Below, piece by piece: positions 42,366 to 64,000 of a stretch of DNA of 64,000 bases. Made by a program: the position numbers and the translations under genes. The DNA is from the human T2T-CHM13v2.0 reference genome, Homo sapiens. The stretch is taken from assembly GCF_009914755.1 (NCBI RefSeq), contig NC_060944.1; one strand, written 5' to 3'. The notes under the pieces are model-generated. The model searched no databases, had not been told where the DNA came from, and was given only the letters and a program-made list of their open reading frames with translations. Numbering within the stretch: the first letter of the stretch is position 1; each line of letters opens with the position of its first letter.

Positions 42366-42388
42366 CGCGCGCGCGCGCGCGTGCGTGC
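42307..42388. repeat. (GT)29-T-(CG)8-TGCGTGC compound microsatellite
   Basis: Counted directly; almost unbroken purine-pyrimidine alternation. Confidence 0.95.
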
Positions 42389-45300
42389 CAAAAGGGACAT
42401 TTTTAAAGGTCAAATTCCCATTTATAAAGCAAAGCTGAATCCTTCCATCTCCAGACAGTGGCTTTACACTTGTCCACTTGGTGGCGCAGTCACTTTAGTA
42501 ACTGCGGGCTCTTAATTTCCCTTAAACAGTATTTTCTGTTCTGAGGATAATACAGAGGCTTGTCAACCAATGCACAAAACGTAATTGCTACGTAAAATTA
42601 GATAAAATCAATGGAATGGGAACAGGCATGTTATCTAAAGAGTCCTCCATGTTTTGATATTTTTCAAATAGTAGTAACAACTATGTCAGATAGCTCACTA
42701 GCTTTCCAAGCCTTGCCCAACCCCACTCCAAATTTAAGTAAATTTCCCACAATCATACATAAAATAGCACCTCACTATATTCTCGGACTGTGCTTTCCTG
42801 GGCCTCCACTTTGGAAAAAGAATTGGTTCAACTGGCAAACAGTTGAACCAATTGAATAATAAACCGTTTTCAAAGGATAGAAAATGAGATGCCAGAGTAA
42901 AGGAAGCGGGGTAACGGGGAGAATCTGTTCACAGGAATTTTGGCCCACCCTCACATCTAACAAGGGCCTCAAATTTAACTTATAAAAAAATCAAATGATA
43001 TATACACTCCTCACAAAGTAGCTGCCCTGTTGAAGGAAGACACCCATGCCTCACCCAGCTTTATAACTGCATGCTGTTTCTGAATCACACTAACTGGACA
43101 TAGTGGATTCATGTTTTGTAAGTTGTGTAATCCTATAATACTGCATTCCAATTTTCTCCACATTAATTTTTTACTCTAAACAGTTAAAATATATAAAGCA
43201 AAAACACCTTATTCACCTATTGTGGATACTAGATAAATTATTTTGTGACATTTATGCCTATGAGAACACAATGTCACTGGTAACTTCATATCACTTCTCA
43301 AATATTAAAGTGAAAGAATGACATCACTTTTACCCATCTGTTATTTAAAAGAAAATGATGCCATCTTCAGTCTCAATAGGTAACGCAGCAGAAAAGAGTT
43401 TCCTTTTCTGAAATCATGAGGGCTTCTAAGTGTCGAAATTGTTTAATCATCTTCCATCATTGATAATTTCAGAAAAAAAGCTACAACAACGTGAAGACCA
43501 TAGTTGAGAAGGCTACTTTGAATAAATGTGTAAGAGAAACAAATTACTGTTCTTCGTTGAATTAATCCCAATCAATTCCAGCCATGCAAAATGTAGCAAG
43601 TTGACATTTACCCTGTTTTGTTATAACCACCGTAAGAAATTTTGTTCTGGGTGGTTCCATTTACTTGTCCTTTTAAACATTTTTTTCTACTGCCACAGTA
43701 ATATTAGTCTCAAGTCTTACCCAAAAATATCTCCAAGCAACTGCTGGGTCACATGAGTGGTCCATGTCCCCAGAACTCCAAAATGTGATTATCAGAGCTG
43801 AGTACAGAGAAATAAAAGCTGTCACGGTGAATGACCTTTTGTTGTACTTGCGAGATGGGGAGGTGTATAAATTTCATAAATGTGTTTGAAATACTCTGGC
43901 TTTGTATCACAATGGGTTATCTGAGGTTTGATTGTTTTGCACTTTTCATTAGAATCAGAATGTGAAATTTCAGGTTGATTTCCTTCATGCCATCAACCCA
44001 AAGTCTCCACAACCCTGGCAGAATTTCTATTCTTAGTTTCACGTGACCAGCTACATGATGCAGTGTGAGGAATCAAGGGTCACCTAGCGAGTCATACAGC
44101 AAAAGAGGACACATTGCAAAATGTATTGCAATAAAAACTCAACTAGTTGATAATAAAATAGCATCAGCTGTCCTCCAAAGAAAGTTGATTGATTTTTTTT
44201 TTAATTTAAAGCTGAACAAAAGAGAATGATCAAGGTTCATGGAAAAGGTGGCACTGCAAATTCATTTTCATTATCTGTGTCCTATCCCTAAGTTACTCGG
44301 TACACACATAGGATGGGAATACTCACTTGAATACCATGTAATTCACATAAGGCATGAGGCACTTTTCCAGTTCATAACTTAGAAGTCACCAAGCCTTCTA
44401 TGTCTCCCAAAGTTTCTACATTTTAAAGGGTTGCATAGGTGATCCATCTGCTTTGGGGCGCCCCTTTGCATCCTCTCTGAGACCTCCACTTGGCCAACTA
44501 TTTTGGGCCCATTTTGCATCAATTCAACCCAACAGCATTATGGAGGCTGATATGCATCCAGTGGAATGTAAGTTCCTAGGGACAGGAACTTTGTCTGGCT
44601 CACTGCTTTGTCCTCAGCATGTAGTACACAGTGTAGCTCATGGAGACTCCTAATTAGCTCTAGTTAATTAGCTAGCATGCGACAAAGGGAATTAAGAAGT
44701 AAGGAAAGCTGTATACAAATGAAATAAATAATCACTTGAGCATTGGAGGTCTAGCAATGCTGAGACACTAACTCTATAAATCTGTCAAGGGTCTGAAATT
44801 TCCTTGGTTGTAATAACCTATTTGGGTTAAAGTGTTTTCAAGAGACCACTCATAGGCAAATTTTGGTGGACAAAGTTAATATCCGCCCAAGAAGGGGCAT
44901 CTTCCAAGAGCAGAAACTTTTAAATGAGTCCAAAATAGTAAATAATGATGCAGAATTTTAAGCCCCTCTACTCTCAGTCAACTTCCCTTCCCATGACTTC
45001 CCTGGCATTTGTTGAGCTCATTTGGGTTCCAGGCAAAACCTGAGACAAAGTCAAGGCTTGAAAGGGTTGGGGAGAGGCCGTATCCTTCACCCCATTGCCA
45101 TTTTCAGTCTTCTACATGGATTTGTGGGTGAATCAGTGCTGCCTACCAGAGACCACCTTGGCCAGGATAATTTTATTTCTCCTAATTTAAATATGGAAAA
45201 CTGATTTTGAGTGATTTTGTTGTAGACTAAAGAAGAAATCAGGGAGGAAGGCTAATTCTCTCCCCCTGCATATTTTCTGCCTTTTTGTCTTTATCACCAT

Positions 45301-46098
45301 CAATGAGTACCCACAATACCGATTGCCTTTACTAACAGCCATAATGTTAGATGGATGAGACTGAGTGTAGTGTAGTGAAGGCACTCCTCTCTTGCTCCAG
45401 CAAATAAACCATTTTTGTAACTGCTATAAAAAAAAACCCTTTGAAATGATTTTATTTCTTGTTTTTATTACAAACAGAAAACATAAACCATGTCACCCAC
45501 CATCTTGTGCTTTGAAATATGAAAGTCAAAGGAAAACTAATTTGGGAAGAGAGATGAAGTGCTTTGAAGGAGAGATGAAACAGCAAAGTTGAAAGATTAA
45601 TGCTGCATAGACAAATTGAAATCTAAAGTGAAAGTTTAGACAACAGTAATCAAAATGAATGATAACACGAAAAGCCAGCAGGAAGAAAACATTTGAGCCA
45701 ACAATCCAGTCTGGTTCATCCGGATAAGATGGTTATCTGGCATTTAATGCTGTTTCCTACACCATGAACATAAGCATTTACTGTCATACTAAGAAAAAGA
45801 AAAGTCATCCGAATTTATCGCTATTTTTACATGTAGTTAAATTAATTGTTGTCATATTTCCAAGTGAAGTAACATAGGTTTGGCTTTTGCAGTCAGTTCC
45901 TCAAGATTCACAGGCTTGGAATATTTTTTAACAATTTAAAGGCCCAAGATTTCTTACAGCCCCAAGAACTTTTCCCTCTCTACTAAGCACAAATCTGAAC
46001 AAATAATTACACACCACCAACGTAAAACTAGGAGATCTTATTTTGGTACGGTCTTTGTGTAATTTTAAAACATGATTTTAAAAAATAAATTTTCTTAC

Positions 46099-46235
46099 CT
46101 GGAAAATGCTGCAATATTATCAGCCAAAGTTTCTTCATCATTTGCCCCAGACCTGTAATAGTCATATATAGACTTTGGAAGTACTGATTTAGCATGTTGT
46201 TCATAATCATTGATACAAATTAGCCGGGGGAGCAT
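46099..46235 (-). CDS. HAO1: HAO1 coding exon 1 (137 nt, [46 protein letters not shown])
   Basis: Manual translation from the ATG at 46235 matches the HAO1 N-terminus; donor AG|GTAAGA at 46098. The ORF track shows only another frame here. Confidence 0.98.
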
Positions 46236-46480
46236 TTTCACAGGTTATTGCTATCCCAGATGGAGTTCGTTGTTTTTTTTTTTTTAATGTATTGCTTTCT
46301 ACATCCTCACTGTTCTGTTATTTGTCAATTATTAATAGACTTTTGCCAAAGTTCAGATTTAGTTCTCTGTTGCTTACATCAAGTGAGCAAACATTATATG
46401 CTTAGCCTTTGAAATTTCATTTGTAGGCTATCTGCCAAAGAACACCGAAGTCACTATCTGCCAAAGAACACCAAAGTTGA
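46236..46480 (-). promoter_or_regulatory. HAO1: HAO1 5'UTR and proximal promoter (no CpG island) with HNF1-, HNF4- and FOXA-like motifs
   Basis: Directly upstream of the ATG; gtcaattattaat 46324-46336, ttgccaaagttca 46343-46355, gagcaaaca 46385-46393. The TSS cannot be fixed from sequence alone. Confidence 0.7.
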
Positions 46481-46856
46481 GGTTGGGAAGGCAGCAGAAG
46501 GTGATTAGGTGTCTATCACATTAAAAAGGGGAAAGGAATAAGTAAAAAATTAAAGACTTAGAGGAATACCTGTATGAAACCACTCTTGGTTCAGTTTTGC
46601 CTAAGGCTGCTTATTGCACATGGTCTGTGCCTGTGCTCTTTGCTTGATACCCAGAATAGGCTGCCCACTCATTTTCTTTCCACATTTGGATCATGCACAA
46701 ATCATGTAAACAAGAGCTTATGAACTGAACGGGGCATCCATGAAATATGGGGCATCTGTGAAATTCAGGGCTTCTGCACAATATAAAATTTAGCTGATTA
46801 CAAACATAGACATTTGGCTTTAACATGGAACATTAAGGCCAAATTGACAGCTAATT

Positions 46857-48025
<1,169 letters not shown>

Positions 48026-48239
48026 TACCACTAATTCTTAGAGTCTTATCTTGCCCTGGAGAGGGTATAGGGAAGTGCTATTCCAAAAGACCTGTGGTCT
48101 CAGTCTATAATTTCACTCAATCATGGAACACCTGGGGAAGATTCACATTAGTAGGATATGCTTGAGAAAGCAATGATTTTAACTACAGTTAGACCTGAGT
48201 TTCAATCTAGGAGCCGCCACTTAAAGCTGCTTGCCAGTT

Positions 48240-48915
<676 letters not shown>

Positions 48916-49000
48916 AAGAGAAATATTCATCCCTACCCTGAGGAGTGACTGTGAGGACAAAGGATATATCATCGCTTAAACACCTGGCATATAGTAGGCA

Positions 49001-49410
49001 CAGTTGACCTTTGAACAAAAAAAAGGGTCCACTTATATGTAGATTTTCTTTAGATTCTTCCACCCCTGAGACAGCAAAACCAACTTCTCCTCTTCCTCCT
49101 GCTCCTCATTCTACACAATGTGAAGATGACAAGGATGAAGAGTTTTGATGTTCCACTTACACTTTATGAATAGTAAATATATTTTCCCTTCCTTATGATT
49201 TTCTTAATAACATTTTCTTTTTTCTAGCTTGCTTTATTGTAAGAATACAGTATATAACACATGTAACATATAAAATATGTGTAAGTTGATTTTGTTATTG
49301 GTAAGGCTTCCAGTCAACAGTAGGCTACTAGTTGTTAAGTTTTGGGGGAGTCGAAAGTTTTACACGGTGGGTCGGTACCTCTAACCCCCATATTGTTCAA
49401 TGATAAACTG
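49001..49410. mobile_element. Tigger2a-like non-autonomous element
   Basis: Inverted ends cagttgacctttgaacaa...ttgttcaatgataaactg followed by TA. Confidence 0.8.
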
Positions 49411-50539
49411 TATTTCATTAATATTACCCACCCTCATCTTCTCAATATACTTTACCAACACATTTTTCCAAAAGACTTTTGTTTAATGTCAATTATATAA
49501 GGACAATTCCCTAATGTACGAGAGATTGGACAAAGGGATTCTTGAGCTTCTGGAAGGCCATTGCCATTTTTCTTCAAGTAAGTTAATCCCTTTGAGTATT
49601 TCTTTGCTAGATTTGCAATTAGTCCAGTTTATTTTCTACACCCCCAAGAGAAGTGTCTTTCATAACTAATGTATATTTATATTATCAGATCTTTTTGAAA
49701 ATTGCCTTATCCCATGCTTCATGAGGCTTTATATGGTAGAAAGAATAGGGTGTAAAATCATATCTTACAGTGGGTAAGTACCCTTTGAGTTTATTTTGGA
49801 GAAGGAAAATCGTCTAAGATGAAGAAGAATACTAAGGAGTTCAGTATGTAATCTGTGACTTAGTTTTGACCTGTGGCCACAGAGTGAACACGAAGCACAG
49901 TCACCTGTTATATGAAATTCCCATGCTGTGGGTCACCAAAAGGAGCAGGAGAGAGGATATGGATCAAATCTATTTTTACTACTGACAAAGCAACTAGAAA
50001 CCAAAGATGCAGGCTCCATAGCAGCCTATTAGGCAAACTGGGAATGAAACCAGAACCAAAAATATAAGCCATTAGGTCTTTCCCAGCTGTAATGATATAG
50101 TATATAAAAAATAAAGGGTTTTAATTTAATCAAAGGGTCATATGCTGTTAAAATTGACATAGAATTTTATAGTACATAGGTTTATTCTCAAAGTTCACAA
50201 ATGCTTACTTTTTGCATCAATGTAGTGACAGATGAAATGACATATTAAAATCGCTATTAGGATGTGAAAAATCTGCCAATAAGATAAGCAAGTTCTAAAT
50301 AATTCAGTTTCATAGTTAACAAAATTATTATGAAAATGTGGTCAAAGGGATCTTAATTATGGCTTATAACTCATTCAAAATGTAAAGATTAAAGCATGAC
50401 CTTTTATCTGCATATTTATGTGCAAATTTAGCATTTATTAAAATAATTAGCATCCTGCAACTAATGTGATTAGAATGAAGAGGCAATCTAATATTGTTAA
50501 TCAGGTCAAGTCCCGGTGAAACTAAAGAAGACACATAAG

Positions 50540-50718
50540 GGCCATTGGTTCTTAAAGTGTGACTTTGAACCAGCAGCATCAGCATCACCTAGGAAGTCAT
50601 TAGAAATGCAAGTTCCAGGCGTCATCCTAGTCCTACTGAATCAGAAACTCTACAGCTATTTGTGCTGTAACAAGCCTTCCAGGTGATTTGATGCACAACA
50701 TTGTTTGAGGACCATGGT
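50540..50718. mobile_element. MER5A
   Basis: ttcttaaagtgtg...cagcagcatcagcatcacctagg...ttagaaatgca...tactgaatcagaaactct. Confidence 0.8.
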
Positions 50719-50768
50719 TTAGGCGAGATGGAATGTAAAGGGGGACTTTTTTCTTAAGAGGCTTATTC

Positions 50769-53700
50769 TTTTTTATAATTTCAACTTTTATATTAGATAC
50801 CAAGGCACATATGCAGCTTTGTTACCTGGGGATATGGAATGACGCTGAGGTTTGGGGTACAAATCCTGTCACCTAGGTAGTGATCACAGTACTCAATAGG
50901 TAGTTTTTCAATCCATGCTCCCTTCCCTCCCTCCCCACTGTAGTAGCCTGCAGTGTCTGTTGTTCTCATATTTATGTCCATGTGTGCTCAATGTTTAGCT
51001 TCCACTTCTAAGTAAGAACATGCAGTATTTGGTTTTCTACTCTTGCATTAACTCACTTAGGATTATGGCCTCCAACCATCTCCATGTTGCTGCAAAGGAC
51101 ATTATTCCATTCTTTTTTATGGCTGTACAGCATTCCATGGTATATATGTACCACATTTTCTTTATCCAATCTACCACTGAAGAGCACCTGGATTGATTCC
51201 ATGTATTTGCTATTGTGAATACTGCATCAGTGAACATATGGGTGTATGTGTCCTTTTGGTAGAATGATTTATTTTCCCTTGGGTATATGCCAGTAATGGT
51301 ATTGCTGGGTCGAATGGTAGCTCTATTTTAAGTTCTCTGAGAAATCTCCAGACTGCTTTCCACAGTGGCTGCACTAATTTACATTCCCACCAACAATGTA
51401 TAAACATTCTCTTTTCTTCACAGACTGTCCAACATCTGTTGTTTTTTTTGACCTTTTACTAATAGCCATTCTGACTGGTGTAAAATGGTATCTCATTGTG
51501 ATTTTGATTTGCATTTTTCTGATGATTAGAGATGCTGAGAATTTTTTTATGTTTCTTGGCTGCTTGTCTGTCTTCTTTTGAGGAGTATCTGCTCATATAC
51601 TTTGCCCATTTTTTAATGAGGTTATTTGTTTCTTGCTTGTTGATTTCTTTATGTTCCCTATAGATTCTAGATATTAAGCCTTTATTGGACGCATAATTTG
51701 CAAATATCTTCTCCCATTCTGTAGGTTGTCTATTTACCCTGTTAATAGTTTCTTTTGCTGTGCAGAACCTTTTTAGTTTAATTATGTCCCACTTTTCCAT
51801 TTTTGTTTTTATTGAAATTGCTTTTGGGAACTTAGCCAAAAATTTCTTGCCAGGGCCAATGTCAAGAAGAGTGTTTCCTAGGTTGTCTTCTAGTAATTTT
51901 ATAGTTTGAAGTCTTACATTTAAATCTGTGATCCATGTTTAGTTAATTTTTGTATATGGTGAAAGGGGTCCAGCTTCAGTCTTTGGCATATGGCTGGCCA
52001 GCTATCCCAGGACAATTTATTGAATAGAGAGTCCTTTCCCCATTGCTTGTTTTTGTCAGCCTTGGCAAGAGTCAAATGGTTGTAGGTATGTGGCATATTT
52101 CTGAGTTTTCTTTTCTGTTCCATTAGTCTATGTGTCTGTTTTTGTACTAGTACTATATTATTTTGGTTACTGTAGCTTTATAGTATAGCTTGAAGTTGGG
52201 TGGTGTGATGCCTCCAGCTTTGTTCTTTTTGCTTAGGATTGCTTTGGCTATTCGGGCTCTTTCTTGGTTCCATGTGAATTTTAGAAGTTTTTGTTGTTGT
52301 TGTTGTTGTTTTGCTGTTGTTTTTTCTAATTCTGTGAAGCATGACATTGGTAGTTTGATAGGAATAGTGTTGAATTTGTAGATTGCTTTTGGCAGTATGG
52401 CTGTTTTATGATATTAATTCTTCCAATCCATGAGCATGGAATGTTTTTCCATTTATTTATGTCATCTTTGATTTCTTTCAGCAGGGTTTATAGTCTCCTC
52501 GTACAGCACTTTTACCTCCCTGATTAGCTGTATTACTAGGTATTTCATTTCTTTTGTGGCTATTGTAAGTGGAATTGTGTTCTTGCTTTCACTCTCATCC
52601 TGGACATTGTTGATGTATAGAAATGTGACTTATTTTTATACGTTGATTTTGTATCGTGAAACCTTACTAAAGTCACTTATGAGTTCTAGGAGCCTTTTGG
52701 CAGAGCTCATAGGATTTTCTAGGCATAGAATTATATCATCAGTGAACAGAGATAGTTTGATTACTTCTTTTCCTATTTGGGTGCCTTTTTTTTTTTTTCT
52801 CTTGTTTGATTCCTCTGGCTAGGACTTCCAATGCTATGTTAAATAGACATGGTGAGAGTGGGGAATCTTTGTCTTGTTCCAGTTTTCAAGGGGAATGGTT
52901 TGAACTTTTGCCCATTAAGTATAATGTTGGCTGTGTGTTTGTCATAGATGGCTGTTATTATTTTGAGGTATTTTCCTTCAATACCTAATCTGTTAAGGGT
53001 TTTTGTCATAAAGTGATGTTACATTTTATCTCATGCTTTTTCTGCATGTATTGAGATAATCACATAGATTTTGCTTTTAATTGTATTTATGTGGTGAATC
53101 ACATTTATTGATTTTTGCATGTATTTCCTACTTGATTGTGGTGTATGAACTTTTCGATGTGCTGCTGGGTACGGTTTGCTAATATTTCGTTGAGAATTTT
53201 TACATCTATGTTCATCAGTAATATTGGCCTGAACCTTTTTATTTCTGTTGTGTCTGTGCCAGATTTTGGTATCAGGCTGATTGTGCTTCACAGAATGAGT
53301 GAGGAGATTCTTCTCAATTTTTTTAATAGTTTCAGTAGGATTGGAATCAGTTCTTCTTTGCACATCTGGCAGAATTTGGCTGTGAAACCATCTGGTTCAG
53401 GTCTTTTATTTTCTTGGTATGTTCTTTATTACTCATTCAATTTCAGAAGCTGATATTGGTCTGTTCGGGGTTTCAATATCTTCCTAATTCAATCTCAGGA
53501 AATTGTGCGTTTCCACGAATTTATCCATTTCCTTTAGATATTCTAATTTGTGTGCAAAGAGTTGTGCATAGTAGTCTCTGAGGATCTTTTGTATTTCTGT
53601 ATTTTTGTATTTTGTATTTCTGTAGTTGTAATATTGCCTCCGTTATTTCTGGTTATGCTTTTTTGGATCTTCTCTTTTTCTTTGTTAGTCTAGCTGGTAG

Positions 53701-55990
53701 TCAATCAATCTTTTTTTTTTTATTTTGAACAACCAACTCTTGGTTTCATTGATGTTTGTTTTGTTTGTATTTTTGCATCTCAATTTCATTAAGCTCTTCT
53801 CTAATTTAGCTCTTCTTTTCTTCTGCTAGATTTGAGTCTAGTTTATTCTCTTTTTTTCACTTCCTTTAGGTGTAGAGCTAGTCTGTTGATTTGAAATATT
53901 TCTAACTTCTTGATGAAGGCACTTAGGGCTATAAACTTTCCTCTTAACAATGCATTGGCTGCATCCCAGGGATTTTGCTAAGTTGTGTCCCTATTTTCAT
54001 TAATTTCAAAGATTTTTTTTATTTCTGCCTTAATTTCAATGTTTACTCAGGAGTTATTCAGGAGCAAGTTGTTTAACCTCCATGTATTTCGGTGGTGTTG
54101 AGAGATTATCTTGATAATGATTTCTGGTTTTATTGCACATAGTCTGAGAGTGTGCATGGTGTGATTTCAATTCTTTGAATTTATTGAGACTGGCTTTACG
54201 ACTGAGCATGTGGTCAACCTTAGAACATGTTCCATGTGCAGATGAGAAAAATATATATTCTGTGGTTGCTGGGTGGAGTGTTCTGCAGATGACTATTAGG
54301 TCCAACTGGTGAAGAGTTGACTTTTTCCAGAGTTTCTTTGTCGGTTTTCTCCCTTGATAATCTGTCTAACACTGTCAGTGGGGTATTGAAGTCTCCCCTA
54401 TTAGTGTGGGGTTGCTAAGTCTTTTCTTAGACCAAGAACTTGCTTAATTAAACAGTGGGCTCCAGACTGGGTGCTTATATATGTATGATAGTTAAGGCTT
54501 CTTGTTGGATTGTACCCTTTATCTTTACGTAATGCCCTTCACTGTCCTTAATATTTATTGGCATAATGTCTGTTTTATCTGATGTAAGAATAGTGACTCC
54601 TACTCTTTTTTGTTTTCCATTTGCGTTGTAAACCTTTCTTCATCCTTTTACTTTGAGTCGTTGGTGTCATTACATGTGCAATGGGTCTCGTGAAGGACAA
54701 CAGATGATTAGGTCTTATCATTTTATCCAGCCTGCCACTCTATGTATTTTAAGTGGGGCATTTGGCATATTTGCATTTAATGTTAGTATTGATATGTGTG
54801 ATTTTAATCCTGTCATCATGTTGTTAGCTGGTTGTTATGTAGACTTAATTGTGCAGTTGTTTTATAGTGCCTGTGGGCTATGTGCTTACACATGTTTTTG
54901 CGGCAGCAGGTATCATTCTTTTGATTCCATGTTTTGCACTCCCTAAGGGCCTCTTGTAAGACTGCTCTAATGAAATGTACTCTTTCAGCATTTGCTTATC
55001 TAAGAAGTATTTTATTTTTCCTTCACTTATGAAGCTTAGTTTGGTTGGATATGAAATTCTTGTTTGAAATTTCTTTTCTTTTAGGGCAGTGAAAATAGAC
55101 CCCTAACCTCTTCTGGCTTGTAAGGTTTCTTCTGAGAGGTCTGCTTCTAGCCTGATGGGGTTCCTTCCATAAGTCACCTGCCCCTTCTCCCAGCTGCCTT
55201 TAAGATTTTTTTCTTTTGCATTGTCATTGGTGAATCTGATGACTGTGTGCCTTGGGGATGGTTATCTTGTATAGTATCTAGCTGAGGTTCTCTGTATTTC
55301 TTGGATTTGCATGTCAACTTCTTTAGAGAGATTAGGAACATTTTCACAAATTACCTCTTCATTAAATATATTTTCCAGGTTGTTCATTTCCTCTCTTTCT
55401 CTCTCAGGAATGCCAATGAGATGTAGATTTGTTCTCTTTACATAATCCCATATTTCTTGGAAGTTTTGTTCATCTTTCTTATTTCTTTCTTCTTTATATT
55501 TATCTGACTGAGTTGATTTGAAGAACTGGTCTTTGAACTCTGAGATTCTTGCCTCATCTTGTTCTTTTCTGCTGTTAATACTTACAACTGTTCAACGAAT
55601 TCTTATAGTGAATTTTGCAGTTCAAGGAATTTAGTTTAGGTCTTTCTTGAAATGGCTACTTTGTCTTTCAAGTCGAATCATTTTACTGGATTGCTTGGCT
55701 TCCTTGGATTGAGTTTTAACTTATTCCTGGATCTCAATGAGCTTCCTTGCCATCCAGATTTTGAATTCTATGTCTCTCTTTTCAGACTTTCACACTGGTT
55801 AAGAACCATTGCTGGAAAGCTAGTGGGCTCATTTGAAGGTAGGAGGACACTGACTTTTTGAATTGCCAGAGTTCTTACACTGATTCTTTTGTATCTGGGA
55901 GAGTTGATGTTCCTTTGACTGTGTTATACATTGAATATAGTCCATTGGCTTCATTTCTGGAAGTATTCAGAGAGCTAATGCTCTGTACAG
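50769..55990 (-). mobile_element. Near-full-length old primate L1 (L1PA15-16/L1PB), decayed ORF1 and ORF2
   Basis: Several ORF2 fragments in the ORF track (51037-54305), ORF1-like region about 54900-55850, poly-T at 50769. Confidence 0.9.
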
Positions 55991-56624
55991 GGTCTTTGTT
56001 GTTGAATTATTATAAATATTATGGCATCGATGAATGCAGGAACACTAGGTTTTTTGTCTTGAGTTGAGTTAGATAAGACATGAGCACCCATAAGAAGCTT
56101 AAATTAAAAAAAAAAATCCACTTTTTTTCTTTTTGTACTACTGCAGCCCAACAGTTGATTTGGTGTACCATCTTAGTAGGTAAATTCTGAAATGCAGTCC
56201 CCACATTGCTTAATCTCTTGGTGGGTAGAATGAAAACAGTGGTTGGAGATTAGAACAGCTTTTGTTAATTTGCAATGATTGCATTGTTAAAATATCTCAC
56301 ATTCTATCAGACACAATACATTCTTTAAAACTTCTCTCCAGGTCTCTGAAGTCAGATGCTAAAGAGGCACACCACAGCAAAACAAGTTCAGGTCTTTTCA
56401 AGCTGCTAAATGTTACATTTGCACACTCATTGCCCCCACTATCCCCACAAGTTTGGGAATCAGAATGGTAAACATCAATGCAAATGGCATCTGCTGGGTT
56501 CAGGCCCCCTCCTTCACCGTGGCCAGAAGAATAGGCTTTGGTGTTTTTGTGTTTTCTTGCCACTGGACTTAATAAAATCTTAACTTCTAATCCTCCCTAA
56601 TATCCCAATAAAATCTGCAGAATA

Positions 56625-56933
<309 letters not shown>

Positions 56934-57374
56934 AAAATCTGCAGAATAATGTCCCGACATCTCCACAACCTTTGGATATTTTCCAAACCACAAGGCCATC
57001 TTGAGGAACTCTCTCCTGTTCCTTTCTCTCAAGGGTAACTAAGCACAACCTGGAAGGAAGCAATAAGAACTTCACATCCTCAACTGGATTTTTTTCATTA
57101 TTTGTCACAGATGTAATTTATACTATTACATCTATTACTATTACACTGTTTAGAGAAATGTCATATTTCCTGTTTTTATCCTTTTAAGAGGCATTTTATT
57201 TTAAATGAGGGATAGAGTTTGGTTGAGTCTTAGTTATTTCCATCCTTCTAGACATTAGAAGAGGTTAAGTTGTCTCAAGCGCTAATGGCTGGGAGAAACG
57301 GGTATCCTGGACAGCTGGAAAGAGTGCCCCTTACAAGTATAAAAACCATTTCATAGTGGTTTTACTTTACATCC

Positions 57375-64000
<6,626 letters not shown>

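Noticed and set aside
46028-46210. 60-aa ORF overlapping exon 1
   Set aside because: An alternative frame; the true HAO1 frame starts at 46235 and is spliced at 46099.
56297-56563. 88-aa minus-strand ORF in unique sequence
   Set aside because: Non-ATG start, no recognisable domain and no supporting gene structure.

Overview
Human or great-ape genomic DNA. The minus strand carries the promoter and coding exons 1-5 of HAO1 (hydroxyacid oxidase 1 / glycolate oxidase). The exons join in frame through GT-AG introns to give 813 nt, residues 1-271; the remaining exons lie left of the window. The rest is intron and upstream sequence rich in transposable elements: Alus, MIR/L2, a full-length Tigger1, hAT MERs, MaLR/ERVL LTRs, a 5'-inverted L1 with two nested insertions, two near-full-length L1s and a HERV-K(HML-2) LTR5 solo LTR. 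I found no credible new gene or biological system. The most notable unexplained structures are several local templated duplications, a compact HNF1/HNF4/FOXA motif cluster with a 26-bp promoter duplication, a Z-DNA repeat beside a CTCF-like motif in intron 1, and a GGT repeat with higher-order structure. Repeat subfamily names come from recalled consensus sequences and need RepeatMasker/Dfam confirmation.
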